Assembly (NCBI GenBank): GCA_046563655.1
Contig: CM102290.1
Span: 3,038,001-3,102,000 of the forward strand
Length of the DNA: 64,000 nucleotides
Direction of reading: 5' to 3'
Source of the DNA: Yuukianura sp. NJ FZ-2021
Taxonomy: Eukaryota
Within the stretch, counting starts at the first letter, position 1, and each line of letters begins with the position of its first letter. The notes beneath the pieces were generated by a model. It was not told the DNA's origin. It saw only the letters and a program-made list of their open reading frames with translations, and searched no databases. Positions 38,201 to 50,693 of this stretch are shown piece by piece. A program made the translations under genes and the position numbers.

Positions 38201-41200
38201 GATCAGCACAACATTTTTTTGAAAATTTTGAAATCAAAGAAGGGCAGAGTCATTTTGTCATTTCGAAAAAAAAATGTTTTGAAAAAAACCAGCCCCAAGG
38301 TGAGCCTACTCTACTGAGTTTCCGAAAATTTTATGAAAAACATACTGGCGATCTTGTTCAGAAAAACAACGGCACAAACTTATAATGGAAACTCTAGAGC
38401 AATTGTTAAATTTTTGAAATTATATTGAAAGTTTTGAGTGGAGTGTAAGTAAGCATTATGTGTTCCTATTTAACAAAATCCCTCAATTCTGTTGAAGCGA
38501 CCATTTATCTTACTTATCTGAGGAAGAGCCTCTTATTTTAAATTACATCTTAAAAGACATATCTCAGCCTCTCATCTTCATCTTCAAAAATACAAAACAG
38601 CTTAATACCAACAGATTAATTCATACTAAGTTTCAACTTTCCCTCCTCGCTCAACTGTTATAACAGCGAGACACTTCACCTATTGTGTAAATTTTACTTT
38701 CAAAAGGTCAACTCCAAAGGTCAAACTCAAATCTCTCTTTTAGAATTTTCAAATCCTCAAAGTTACTCAACTTAATCCACAGTATTGTTCATTTTTTTTG
38801 TTCATTAAAATAGTTTTCAAAAGAGGTTTAAGAAATTTTTAATCATTTTTATTTTTATGAAAAAAAAAAAAAAACTAAGGTAGGTTTTTCATTTGCATTT
38901 TTTGGAGGCCACTGACATTCACGAAGCGAAAAAGTTCAGTTTAAATCTTATTCAAGAAATCTTGTTTTTTTTGAAAGAATTATGAATAAAAATGAAATAA
39001 AATTATATAAAGTGACAAGGAAATCAAGTTGTGAGAAAATAAATAATTGTGATTTGTGAGTTCATACAGACAATTGTCAACCTTCTTTGTTAGTCGAAAA
39101 AATTATTTAAATTTTTACATTTTGTTAAAACTTTTTGTTAAAAGTTCCGAATATTCATTGGACTCCCATTTGGATTAAACGTTCTATTCTTCCTTTGTTG
39201 TATAAAGTTGAATTAAACATTATTAAATTGTTCAACATTTTGCATATGATAAAGTTGATTTTTTTTTGTTTCTGCAGAATTTGGACGAAACAGGATCCAC
39301 TGGTTTGAATTAATAAGATGGACTGACTGTACGTTTGTTTGTCATAATTTCAAATGACAAGAAAAAAAGAACTTTAAATCTTCTTTGTTGCTTTTGGGTA
39401 TAGTTACCCCCTCCATGGGTACAACATTTTTTTTAGTTTTTTGAAAAAAAAATTTCCAAACCCACTACCACCACCACCATTTTTCTTGTTTTGAACATTT
39501 GAATTTGTTCACAGTTCAAAAGACATCAGTGTAATCAATTCAGACCTGTCAGATTCAAAAATACAGTTTTTAAGGTAGGAGAGCATGCGAAGTTAGTAAG
39601 TAACAGAAGTGGCACTTTTCTTTAAATTTCAATTCCTTCACCTGTCCCCAACGGAAATTCTACTTTTCCAAATTTTTAATTTTTTTCATTTTTGAATTGC
39701 ATTGAATGCAATTGAATGAAAGAAATTAAAGACAGTTTTACGCCAGCCAAAAACATTTTTGACACCAGTACATTATATACTGGTGTCAAAAATGTTTTTA
39801 TGCACTGTACATACTAACTAAAAATCGAAATGAAGAATTATATTTAAAAAAATTGAAAAATTTTGTGCAAGGCTGCAAGGCGCTGCTGCAAGAATTGCAA
39901 GAGCTTCCGTGTTTTTGTTTTTCACTTTTAAAATTGATTCGATTTTTTTTTTCATTCTTTTTTGTTTTGTAGTGTTTGAAATCATTCCGTATTTTGAAAT
40001 CATTTGAAATTGGAGACTTTGAAACATGTTTTTGTTTAGTTTAATTGAAATTGAGATTAAAGTGATGTCAACATCTTAAGTATCACTTTTTTTGAAATTT
40101 TGAAAAGAGGATGTTAGCCATGTCCTTTTGTGGTTAGTTACATTGGTTGGTTACACATGTGACATGTGTGTATCTGTGTCTTTTGGAAGTAAAACAATGG
40201 GCAGAAGTACACTTAAACAGAGTGGATTAGGATCCATTATTACAACAACCATTACATGTGTTTCTACTTATCCAAAAAAAGTCCCCTTGAAGGGACCCAA
40301 CGAACCAGAAAAGAAGTTTTTCAGTTTTTGAAAAAGTGGCGTCCATTTCCCGTTTTCCCGCCCCCGCCCTTCCCCTCCTCCACCACGCCTTGTGTCGTCC
40401 TGGAACGTCACAACGGCCGTAAGACGCAACTTTTTGGACATGACGACGAACGTGAGATCCAAAGTGTCACAGCAATGGACTTGTAATTTATTGTCTTCAA
40501 ACGCTTCCCTTGTTCCTGCTTTCGAAAAAAAAGTTCGTGCTTCAAACTTGGTCTTAATAATCAACATGTTCAAGAAATGGAGAACGATCTTCCTGCTTGA
40601 ACTTCGTTCCGTATCTCATGTCCAGATCAACATTGTCTCTAAATGGAAAAAGTTAAAGTATTAAAAATGAAATTTAAAAAAACGCGGGGTTGATGATCAT
40701 GATGAGCTCAATGGGAGTTTTAGAGTTCCAAGCGACAGAGGTGACCAACAGTCCCTTCAGAATATAACTTCCTGCTGAGCTTACTATTCTTCAAGGGCCC
40801 TCCTTGAGGACGGGAAAATCCGTCCGTGATGGACGGATCTTTCCGTCCCTTAAGGACTCGATGGAATTGCGGTCACGTAAAGGCAAAAGGCAGATGAAGA
40901 TCAGCGTTTAACCAGTTTTGTCAAAGAAGCGGACGACGGACGTCGTCTATGTTCTCGAGCGTCGCCTAATGTTAAGTTAGGGTGAGGGGATGACGAAGCT
41001 CTGCGGGAGAAAGGAGTCACGATGTCCAATGGATGCTGGGTATTATTTGAACTCAACATTCCCAGGTCATCATCATTCATCTTGAACGGCCTGTCCATAC
41101 ACAATGGAACTCTCGGACCTGACATCCCAGAGCTTCAAATCCATCCATCCATCCAGCTTCCAGAAAAAATGACAATGGACAATCAAAATTTTGAAAAAAA

Positions 41201-41351
41201 AAAAACAGAAACTTAGACATTTACAACAAAAATGTTTGTTTTAAAACATATTTTTACCATATTTTATTTACGTCACTTAATTCATCTGAAAAGCAAAACA
41301 TTCATTGTTTTTATTAAACCCTAAGAAGTTTTGAGTGACTTTTGAAGAAGT

Positions 41352-41616
41352 CAAGGTTCCTTCACAACGAAAAGTTAATTTTGTTTAACAGGTTGGGTAC
41401 TACCTCACTTGTTGACAAAAAAACGAAAAAATAAAATTCATACAAATTTAGTACCAATCCGAAAAATTGGTACAAATTCGTACACAATTTTTAAAAAATT
41501 AGCTTTATTGTTGACTACGATGCCACGAAATGAAAAGATACATTTTTTTTGCAAAATCGAAAGAACATGAGGTATTATCCAACCTGTTGAAGAAAATCAA
41601 AAGTCTACAAACCTTG
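41352..41616. mobile_element. MITE family B, copy 3, with an 8-bp TSD
   Basis: CAAGGTT...AACCTTG termini, subterminal IR AACAGGTTGG..TACCTCA, and flanks GAAGAAGT / GAAGAACT (7/8 identical). Confidence 0.8.
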
Positions 41617-44420
41617 GAAGAACTCGACTTAGATTCAAAATTTTGATTTTTTTTAGAATAAACTGAATTTGAAGTGACCACAAAGGTTCCCATGTCCACC
41701 ATTGCGCCTTACCATGGAAGATGACGAAGGGAGATGTTGAAGGAATGAGACAGACACTTGATACGTTTCTCCAAGGGCTCCCAGCAGTGAGATATTTGGA
41801 AACAAAAGGGCCCTGGACCAATCTCCCTTGATCTCTACAGAAGAACCAACATTCAAAGTGGCCTCAACGTTCCAGAACGTCGTCCAATGTGTAAAGTACA
41901 CAGACCAGGATGAGTGGAGCCCTTAGAGTAAACATAAGGTGAAATTTAACAATGAATGTGAAGAAGTACCTTTAGTGTCAACAGACAGACTCCGGTGGGA
42001 CTTGGTCTGCAGAATTCAATTCTCATTCCATCATGATGTTAGTATGGACTTTGGACGTTGTTGGAGGTGAGAACGCTTGTTCAAACAAATATTGTTCAAC
42101 TCACCTTCGTTCAATTCGTCACGGTTGGAAAAGAAAATCTAAACTCCAGTCCTCGTTATGAGTCAAACAAAAAATTTCCAATGATTTGAACAATCTTTAT
42201 TTTTTAAACACCAAATTTTTCATTTTTAAGCACATTCAAAAAAAAATTTCTTCTTCACTTTATTAGGCGTATTTTTTCTTCACAGTTATTTTGTTGCAGA
42301 AGTTCTTTCTCCAGATTTAGATTTTTCTCTTTTGTTTTTCTTTCTAAAATTTTCCCGCAATCGAGCTACTCGTTCGGAATTCTTGGACTTCCTAAACTTG
42401 CCTAAAGTCCTGCGCGGCATGGCCGGTGTCAGAGGTCATCGTGGTACCCTTGAACAACCTCAGCTATAAAAACGGAGCCCTTGACATATCTCTGGAAACA
42501 TGTTATGTTATGCGTAAGATGTTAGGGTTGGATAGTGCGTTCTGACTGGAGGTCATTAGCATCCAGAGAACCATGGAACAGGCCAAGGGACACCGCTGCG
42601 CACAGAATTTTTTATCAGACGTTCCCAATCCCCTTTATTTGGCCACCCGTGGACTTTTCTAAGAGCGTCGGAAGAGCGCTTTGCCTTCTGCAGCAGCGGC
42701 CCTTCAAGTCTCTCACTTCAAGTCCAAGTTCCAAGGGCCTCTCCATACTTTTGGCTTATTCAACAAGATTAAATCAACCGGAAAATGCTAGTTACTGCTT
42801 CTGCTAGACGGGGGCGATTTCAAATTCAGCCGACGAGACCACAGGTTCGACAAAGCAGCAAAAGTTTCAAACTTTGTAAAACCCGGCTGACCAAAAATTT
42901 AAAAAAAAAGTCAAAAAAGTATTTTTTTGCGTATATTTCCAGAGATTTTGTCGTTTTTTCTTGCTTCATCCGATGACGGCGTGAACCTTGAACTGTCTCA
43001 GTTCTCCATAAGAGAAAACTGAAAACCTGTTTAGGTTCTCCACTTTTGAAACGTCTTCTATTTTTGAGCCACCTACAGATTTTGTTGTTGTTGCAGCACC
43101 TTCTTCAACTACTTTCAAGCACATTCAACATAACATCCACCGAGAAAGTATTTTGAATTTTAAAAATTTCTCTCCACGTCACGTCCATACACGCACTACG
43201 TTTTAGCATTTGTTCAAGTATGTGCGTTGGGATTCGACTAGCCGCGCAGGTCCATGTTACATCAAACTTCATATTTTGTTGCATATCTAAATAACAATCA
43301 AAAATTCTGTGGATGCTTTTGTTGCTTCAAATGTAAATTTTAACCACATTGAGTGTTTGAAAATTTTAAAAAATATAAAAAAAATAAGAAAATGAAGGAA
43401 GGGAAAAAGTAAAACGAAAGTAAGTGTAATTGAAACAAAATAAACTACCAAGAATTTTGTCAGATTTTATATAAACATTTAAAAAAAATGTAAAACGGTT
43501 TCCGAAAATGAGAACCCTCAAATTGAAAATTTATTTAAGAACTGAACAACAAGCATTTTTCGTTCATTTCTTTGGATCAAATGAAAAATTTATGAAAAAT
43601 TTCAAGCCTTGAAATTTTGAAAGTAAAAACTTGAAATTTCAAAGATCATGCAGAGGTCAAAGTATGGGTCACCTTTTGCATTGAATCCTCGTACAAGTGG
43701 ATCCTTTGCATGTCCAATTTAAGGGCTCAACTGTTAAGCATGAAGTGATTACTATTTGAAGTGGAAAGGAAGCCGTAAACTGAACAGTGGACTTTTAATC
43801 AGTGTTTCATGAATTCTGCCCATAAAAAGAAGTATGCCTATTCGTCTCACAGTAGTGGAGCTTCCTCTTTCAAAAGAATCAACTTCAAAGAAGTACTTTT
43901 TTGACCCCCTTGGACCCTCACCTACTGGGACCCTTAAGGGTTACTACCAACCAAATAAACGACAGTACAAAGGCCACAAGAAATTAATTTTAATGTGCAG
44001 TAATTCCTTTCCTAACGACTTTGGAGCAGGAAGGAGTTAAAGGAGCGGTAAAACGTGCGTTTTTCAAAATTCTACAATTTCGTCACCCTGTGCTGGACAA
44101 AGGACTGATTTTACAGCCGACTCCAAAATTTTCACAGTAACGAATCATGCGCAACAAATTTTATTCTTTTGGTTCACAGTGCTTGAGTTAGTCCGTTTTT
44201 AGCATTTTTGAAAGAAAACAATTTTTGACAAACTACGTGCCTAATTTTATGTTTCATAATTTTGGATTTCAAAATTTCAAAATTGAATTCCAGAGCTTCA
44301 CGGTTTCAAAGCTACAAAAACTCCAAAGTAATGACTAGAACTCCTTTTTTAGTCATTTAATGACCGTCACAACCTGTTGGGCTTTTTGAAGCTACGTTAG
44401 GATATACGTTTTTAATGGTT

Positions 44421-47400
44421 TTAGTCTTCACGTTGACTTCGACTTTTGGTTTCTTCTCGTTTCTTCGAATTTGATCTTTTGAGATCTTCTTTTGGAAAGC
44501 TTTCTCCACCGGAAGATGCGTTCGATTGCTTCTCCGGAGCATCTTGTTCACCAGCACTCACGTCAGTGGCATTCCCATTGTCGGTCTCACTCACAACACG
44601 TTCTTCGGGAGCTTCTGCAACAAATAGTTTCCACATTTCTTTTTTTTTTTTTAAATTGTTTGTTAAAATTAAATTTTTTGATTGGAAAAGTTAAAGACAA
44701 AGCTGGGGAACTCTCAGGAAGAGAAAAAAAAAACACTTTCAAAAAGCTCATATTGAAATGAAACCAGCTTAGGTCAATTTTGCGATTGATTGGAGTGGAA
44801 AGGTTCGTATTAAAGTCAGGGTTAGGTTAGTCAGAGGTTAGGTCAAAGGTCAAATTAAATTTGACAGCCTAACATTTACTAGGTAGAGCAAGGTTCCTTG
44901 ACAACGGTATTGTATTTCCACAATAGGTCGTCCAATAACTAAGGGTTTTTCAAAAATCTTGTTTCGAGCAACTTTTAGCACCAATTTTGTTTATACGTTT
45001 TTCCCATTTTTTTTCAAACCTTGAACACTGGAAATCGCATAGGAATAAAATAAAAGTGAAAAGAAAAATGCAAAAATTTTTATAGAAATTGAAGTTTAAT
45101 CCGTTTGGTTTTTGAAAATTTTGGCAAAAAATTGAAAAACCCGAGTTATTAGACAACCTGGTGTAGAGAAAACATTTTCTTTGGTTACGGACCTTGAGGC
45201 GGAGGTTCCTGTTTCTTCTTGGATTTTTTTTCATTGCGACTTTTGGATCTTGGTGGGGGTGGGGGAGTGGGTTCTCGGTCCAACTTCCCCTGACTCCCTT
45301 TACCCCCACCGCCTTTTCGTACAGGCGTCTTCGTCTTAGAACTTTCTCCATAAGCACCACCTCGACTTCCACCTGCCACTGGAGTATGAGTCTCCCTAGG
45401 TTTTGATTAAAATAAATTAACAATTTAAATTTATATTAATTATAATACAGAAGACTCTGTAACTTAGAAACCGCGTAGATACAAAACTAAATTAGAAATA
45501 CAAAACAAATGGCAATTGCACAAACGGGGGTTGCAAAATTTTTCTTACTCTTATTGTCATTGCGAAACCCACCCATTTGCCATTTTGATTTCACTTTGTC
45601 TACGTTGCGTACAGTAGTGTTGCAATTGTATTCTGTATTCTGAATTGCCATTTGTTTTGTATTTTGCCCAGTTTCTAAGTTAGAGAATCTTCGGTAATTA
45701 TAAAGTAAAGACTTTACAGCCACCGAAAGTATCCCGGCGTGTAAATCGGACTGACGATTCCGTTTGGATCCAAGACGCGGGAGAGACGCATTCGGTCAAT
45801 CGTGGCATTCGCATGCTTCAATTCTGCACGGTACACGCGACGCATCTCGTCAAAGTGATGAAATTCCTTTTTTAAAAAATTCAAAATTTCAAAAATGAAC
45901 TTTAATGTTTTAGTTCAATTAATTACCTTGCTTTCCTTGTCGAGCTTCCACTCAGCGTCACGGAGTGTACTGTAGTAGTCGTTGCGCATGCGCTCCAAGT
46001 GTTTCACCAACCGAAGTAACTCTGGCTAAACATGCGTTCAACATTAAAAAAAAACAACATAAAATCACCATTAAAACATTTTGATGACTTTCCATTCGAA
46101 TGAAACAAGAAAGACAAAGTGTTTAGTTACACACTTTTGGACAAAACTCAATTAGCCTTTCCATTAATCTCAGAGTCAACGACTAGACAATACCGTAAAT
46201 GTCCAAATCAACGAACCGTAGCCGTGACACAACATTTAAAAAAAAATTATAGTCACGCCTAATTTTATGTTTGTGGATTTTACGATCTTTTGGACACAGA
46301 GGGTTGTAAAAATTTCAAATTTCAAATTGCCTAATTTACTCTTTACTTACTTCATTGAGAACATCCAAGTTGTAGTTCATTGCTTCCGGGTAAGATCCTA
46401 AAAATATAATTAAAATTTCACAAGTATTTCATGTAGGTGAACCTCGCTCATTGTCGCTTATAAACTAGTAATTAATAATTGATTTTTTGATTTTTAATAA
46501 CACATTTGAATTTGAAAATTTGAATTACTTTAAGTTCGTAATTACTTGATTACTTAAAAATTTAGTACCCGTAGTAAGACGGCGTCGTGCTTCCTGAAGT
46601 TCTCCATCCAACCAATCCTTCTGTTCTTGAAATTGCTTGTTCAAAGCCGTTTGAGACTCAAATCGAACTTTCCATTCATTGTCTTCCGCTGCAAATTATT
46701 TTTAAAAAATTTCATTTTTTTTTGAAACTTTTAAATGAGAGAATCAAAATTTGGAAATGGAGCATTTCACCTCCTTTTCCATTTTCATCAAGTTCACGTA
46801 GATACGTTTCGAGCTCTGTTATGGAACGCTCCAGTTCTGTATTCGACCACTCTATGGTCTCTCTGTTTCAAAAGATTAAATTTCGATAATTAATATTCAA
46901 AATCAAAAAAGTTCAACAATAGACTTGAAAAAAGAGAGAAATTGTACATAATGTTTCGTAAAAAAGTTTTAGTTTTTTTTTCTTTCTGGAAATCAAAGTA
47001 AAACGCCATTCGAAAAACGTTTTTCTTTTTCCTGCTTAGCGAGTTTTTTGAAATCAGTTAAACTGGGTTGTCCATTTTGAATATTTGTTGTAAAAGTAAG
47101 ATTTAAGTTGTGTAGAATTACAGTGAGGGCATGTCACTTTGGTCCATTCTGAAACAAGTTACAATGTCCATGAAGATGTGAATACCGCCAGAGTTTTAGA
47201 AAAACCGGTTAGATTTTAAGCATTTGAACATTTAAGCATTTGGATAAGTTCAGAACAGAAACATCTCAATAGTGTTAGGTACTCCAAAGTTCGTCGCAGT
47301 TCTTTGGATCTGTTTTCCCAGGGAGTGGAAATTTAACATAAAGGGAGGAAATGGGTCGTGGATCATGAAGTTCTTAATGGTAAATGACTATGTAAATCGG

Positions 47401-48029
47401 ATTTCCTTCCAGAAAACAGTTTGGCCACAAAAGCAATTGTGAAGGGGTTGGTTGGATACGACTCAACGAACACAGAATAACTTTTCATCCCCCATCTTGT
47501 GAAATTGACTCATTTCTTAACTACGGCGGCACATACTGGCCTAACAATGGGCACAACAATGGGAACTGTACGAGAGGATGGGAAGACAGTAATTGTTCGC
47601 AACTCCGCCCCTATTCCCTCCCTCCTCGCTATCATTAGCACCACAAATTCAATTAAGCACAAGTCAAATGACATCCCACTTTATTACTTGCTACCTTTGT
47701 GAAAGCAGCAGCTTAAGCAACTTGCAGAGTTCGAAAAAAAACGACCGGATTTCATTCTTTCGTATTTTTCAATTTTTTGCCAGTTTGTGTAGTCTTCGTT
47801 TAATGCAAATCATGAACTATTGCATTACTGATTCTTCTTAGTTAAAATTTTTTGAAGAAAAGCAAACGCTGCTAAGCGTAGTCCAAAAAAGTTTAACTGA
47901 AATTGGAGCGGGGAAAAAAATTTAGACTCTCGTTATTGGGAATTACCTGTAACGTTTTTCCTGTTCCAGTTCTGCCTTGAGATGGTCGTAGTCATCGTAG
48001 CGAGGATGATGCAGCATTCCGTTTAACAT
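44421..48029 (-). CDS. CCDC169: CCDC169-like (DUF4600) coiled-coil protein with a low-complexity C-terminal extension
   Basis: Manually joined small exons, most of them missed by the ORF track: DHLKAELEQEKRY / RETIEWSNTELERSITELE / DNEWKVRFESQTALNKQF / YPEAMNYNLDVLNE / PELLRLVKHLERMR...EWKLDKESK / EFHHFDEMRRVYRAEL. These resemble human CCDC169 (EWKTRYETQLELN; LKLEQESK; ERRTYLAE, from memory). Splicing in 45400-45720 is uncertain. Confidence 0.8.
44889..45161. mobile_element. MITE family B, divergent copy 4 (in the last CCDC169 intron)
   Basis: Begins with CAAGGTTCCTTGACAAC, identical to 22885, and ends AACCTGG. GTAGAG is present in both flanks. Confidence 0.55.
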
Positions 48030-48187
48030 TTAAAACTTTACAAGATTTTCAAGTAAAAACTTCCAGTAGCTTCTGAACTTTTCTAACTTTTTAACCCCTG
48101 CTAGACAGAAATTTAACTCGAGTCAGATCTTTTCAAAATGTGCTCACTTTTTATACCACAAAGTTTGACTTACTAACAAGTTCCAGT

Positions 48188-48200
48188 GTTTCCTGGAAAC
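48188..48200. promoter_or_regulatory. RFX X-box upstream of CCDC169
   Basis: Palindromic GTTTCC-T-GGAAAC about 160 bp upstream of the ATG. Confidence 0.6.
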
Positions 48201-48738
48201 TGCGCCGTCTCCGCCTTCCTTCAACTTACCTTCATATTTCGTCAGAACCCGACCTCCATTTTTTTTTCTTTTTGCAAATTTTGAAACAAATTTTCATATA
48301 GCAGTTGACTGGCCGCCCCCTTTGCCCTGAAAACCTGAAATCCTAATCGATGCTTTGCATTTTAAGAGTTCCAGGACGGAAATCGAGTCTTTGCATGTTC
48401 GTTGTTTTGTACAGGAGGGAAAGCACTTTTAAAAAGAAAGTGGTAGCACCTTCTTGTTTTTGTTCTTGGACATGAACAAGGGTGGACCAGTTTCATACTA
48501 AGAAGCGGAACAAGAGTCTTTTTTTCTTAAATGGCCACTGACCCTGAGAGCAGGCGGTGATTAATCTTAAGGACGTTGAATGGGGTGCTTAACATCCTGC
48601 AGCCCTACTTTCTTTTCCAAACATCAAAAATTATGACAAAGTTTGCAGCAAAACTCAAGAAAAATGGTTTCATAGACGGACGAATCGAAGGCTTCACTAA
48701 TTCAAAAATTAGGACCAGCTAAAACTTAGAATAAATTA

Positions 48739-49542
48739 TAGTCCAAGTCAAAATTCCGTGCAGATTGTTGATTCGTCAAATTTCTCCGTTGCCCCGACAA
48801 ACACCGAAATTGACGAAAAATATACCGAGCAGCATTGTACCCAATTGTCCCCAGTATTAGTTGCATTTTAACTAAATTATACTTTACGCATTAGCCAATG
48901 AGCACCCATGGCATAATTAAATTAAGAGTTATGCCCAACTCCGCATAGCCAAAATTTGAATGGTAAACACTCGTCTCTTTTACAACAACCTACCATCTCA
49001 ATGATTTGTTCTTTGTTCTGTGTTTTCATTTGAGTGTAAAAAATTCAATTGTTTGAAAAGTTTAGTTGATTAACGGCAATATCTTTTGGTTATTTACAAT
49101 TACAATTAAAATGAGTCCCAAGTCTGTTGAAGAGAAAAAGTTGATACTCAACGTTGAAGAACTCTTTGACAAAGAAAAAACTTTGTACGAGAATGCAGTG
49201 AACATGAATAAGCTCAAGAAAGGAGACATACCGATTAAGTACAGCGACGTTTGTAAACGTTTGCTGAAAAAATTGCAGAGGATTTTCTGGAGTCCAATCG
49301 AGAGCGGATTATCATTAATCTTGGAGAAAGTTCATCGGAATCTGATACCAGCTCCGATGAAGAATAATTTGTTTGTGTTCTAGTTCCAATTTATTAGCTC
49401 GTGTGTTAGTTCAGAATTTAGAAATTTATAGTGCTTTACCATTCAGAAGGGGTGCAACGTGGTTAGTTTTGCCTTATCGTAACCATGAGGAAAAAAACGA
49501 ATTTTGAAGTAAACAATCTGCACGGAATTTTGACTTGGACTA
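48739..49542 (+). mobile_element. Internally deleted Tc1/mariner-IS630-type DNA transposon
   Basis: Perfect 35-bp IR (48735-48769 / 49512-49546) including a probable TA TSD. The interior has a short ORF start (MSPKSVEEKKLILNVEELFDKEK) and, in another frame, an acidic tail (FAEKIAEDFLE...IIINLGESSSESDTSSDEE*). Confidence 0.85.
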
Positions 49543-49683
49543 TAATGCAAACTGTATATTTTCTTATTTATGTAGCATTTAAATTAAGTTGGGGTAACAA
49601 CTTTCTTAAGAAGTTGGGGGATTTGAGCAGAAATTAATTGAAATTTTGAAATTTTTTAAAGAATTTTTTTTTCAAAAAAAGTT

Positions 49684-50610
49684 TTAGCCAGTAGTCCAGA
49701 CGAACGCTTCGAGTCTCTCTTCCGCTGGAAGCAGGTTGTTAAGCACTTCTATAGACTCTAGCGTAGAATTTAGCGTCTGATGGCACTTGGTTAGACTGTT
49801 GGAGAGGTCAGTGATGTGACCTAGGCGTTCAGCATACTTTCCAAACCGACGCTGGCGATCACCGTAAGCCTTCATCATCGCTTTCAGTTTCTGGTCCAGG
49901 TCGTGGATTCGGCCAATGAGAACGAGCTGCTCTCTGTCAATGATTTTTGCATGTCGGGTCAACCGCTCTTCATAAAATAGTCCAATGCGTATCAGAGGAT
50001 TTGAGTCAATCTTGTCTGAGATTTCAGAGTCTTTTGTCCAAGGGATCCTCAGACTACCGCGAATTATTGGCACAAACGGCGGGATCTCCTGGAAGTCAAA
50101 ACAAGAAAATCACGTTAAGGTCATCTTCAAATTAAACTTGATTGTTTAGGTCACCTTAAGTCGTGTAAAGAGAGGATCCGTTTCTACTTTGGGTATTTCT
50201 GCAGCAGCTTTGACTACGACTAGACTTCCGACACTTTTGGATTTGTTGTCTCTCTTCTCTCGGCTGATATGCTTCTCCCGAGCTCTGGGTTTCGGATCGC
50301 TCCAACGAACTTTTCGATCCGGTAATTCTAAATGAAAAAAAAATTATGAAAATTTTGTAAAAATGAAAAAAATTCGTGTCATTCCGGTAGTATTACCTTC
50401 TGGAACGGAGTAAGTCCGCACATAAGAGGCATACGGAATGTCGGAATCGGAACAAATACTGGGACGTGGAGACGATCTAGCAGGAGCTCTTTGGCTTGTT
50501 TCCGCTGCATTAGCGCCACTTCGGCCGCTTCCATCATTTGACTGTGATCGCTTTGGATTTTTTGACCTTCCCTTACTGTGACCCTGTTGCGAACTTTGAT
50601 CTGACCCCAT
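49684..50610 (-). CDS. BORCS5: BLOC-1-related complex subunit 5 (myrlysin/LOH12CR1), three coding exons
   Basis: N-terminus MGSDQS (myristoylation-type), plus SICSDSDIPYASY, EIPPFVPIIRGSL and the C-terminal EVLNNLLPAEERLEAFVWTTG. Confidence 0.93.
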
Positions 50611-50693
50611 AATCACACCACTCCAACTCAATCACCTGAAAACAACCAATAAATTAGGGTTAACTTTAAAAAAAAATATTTGAAATGAGGGTA

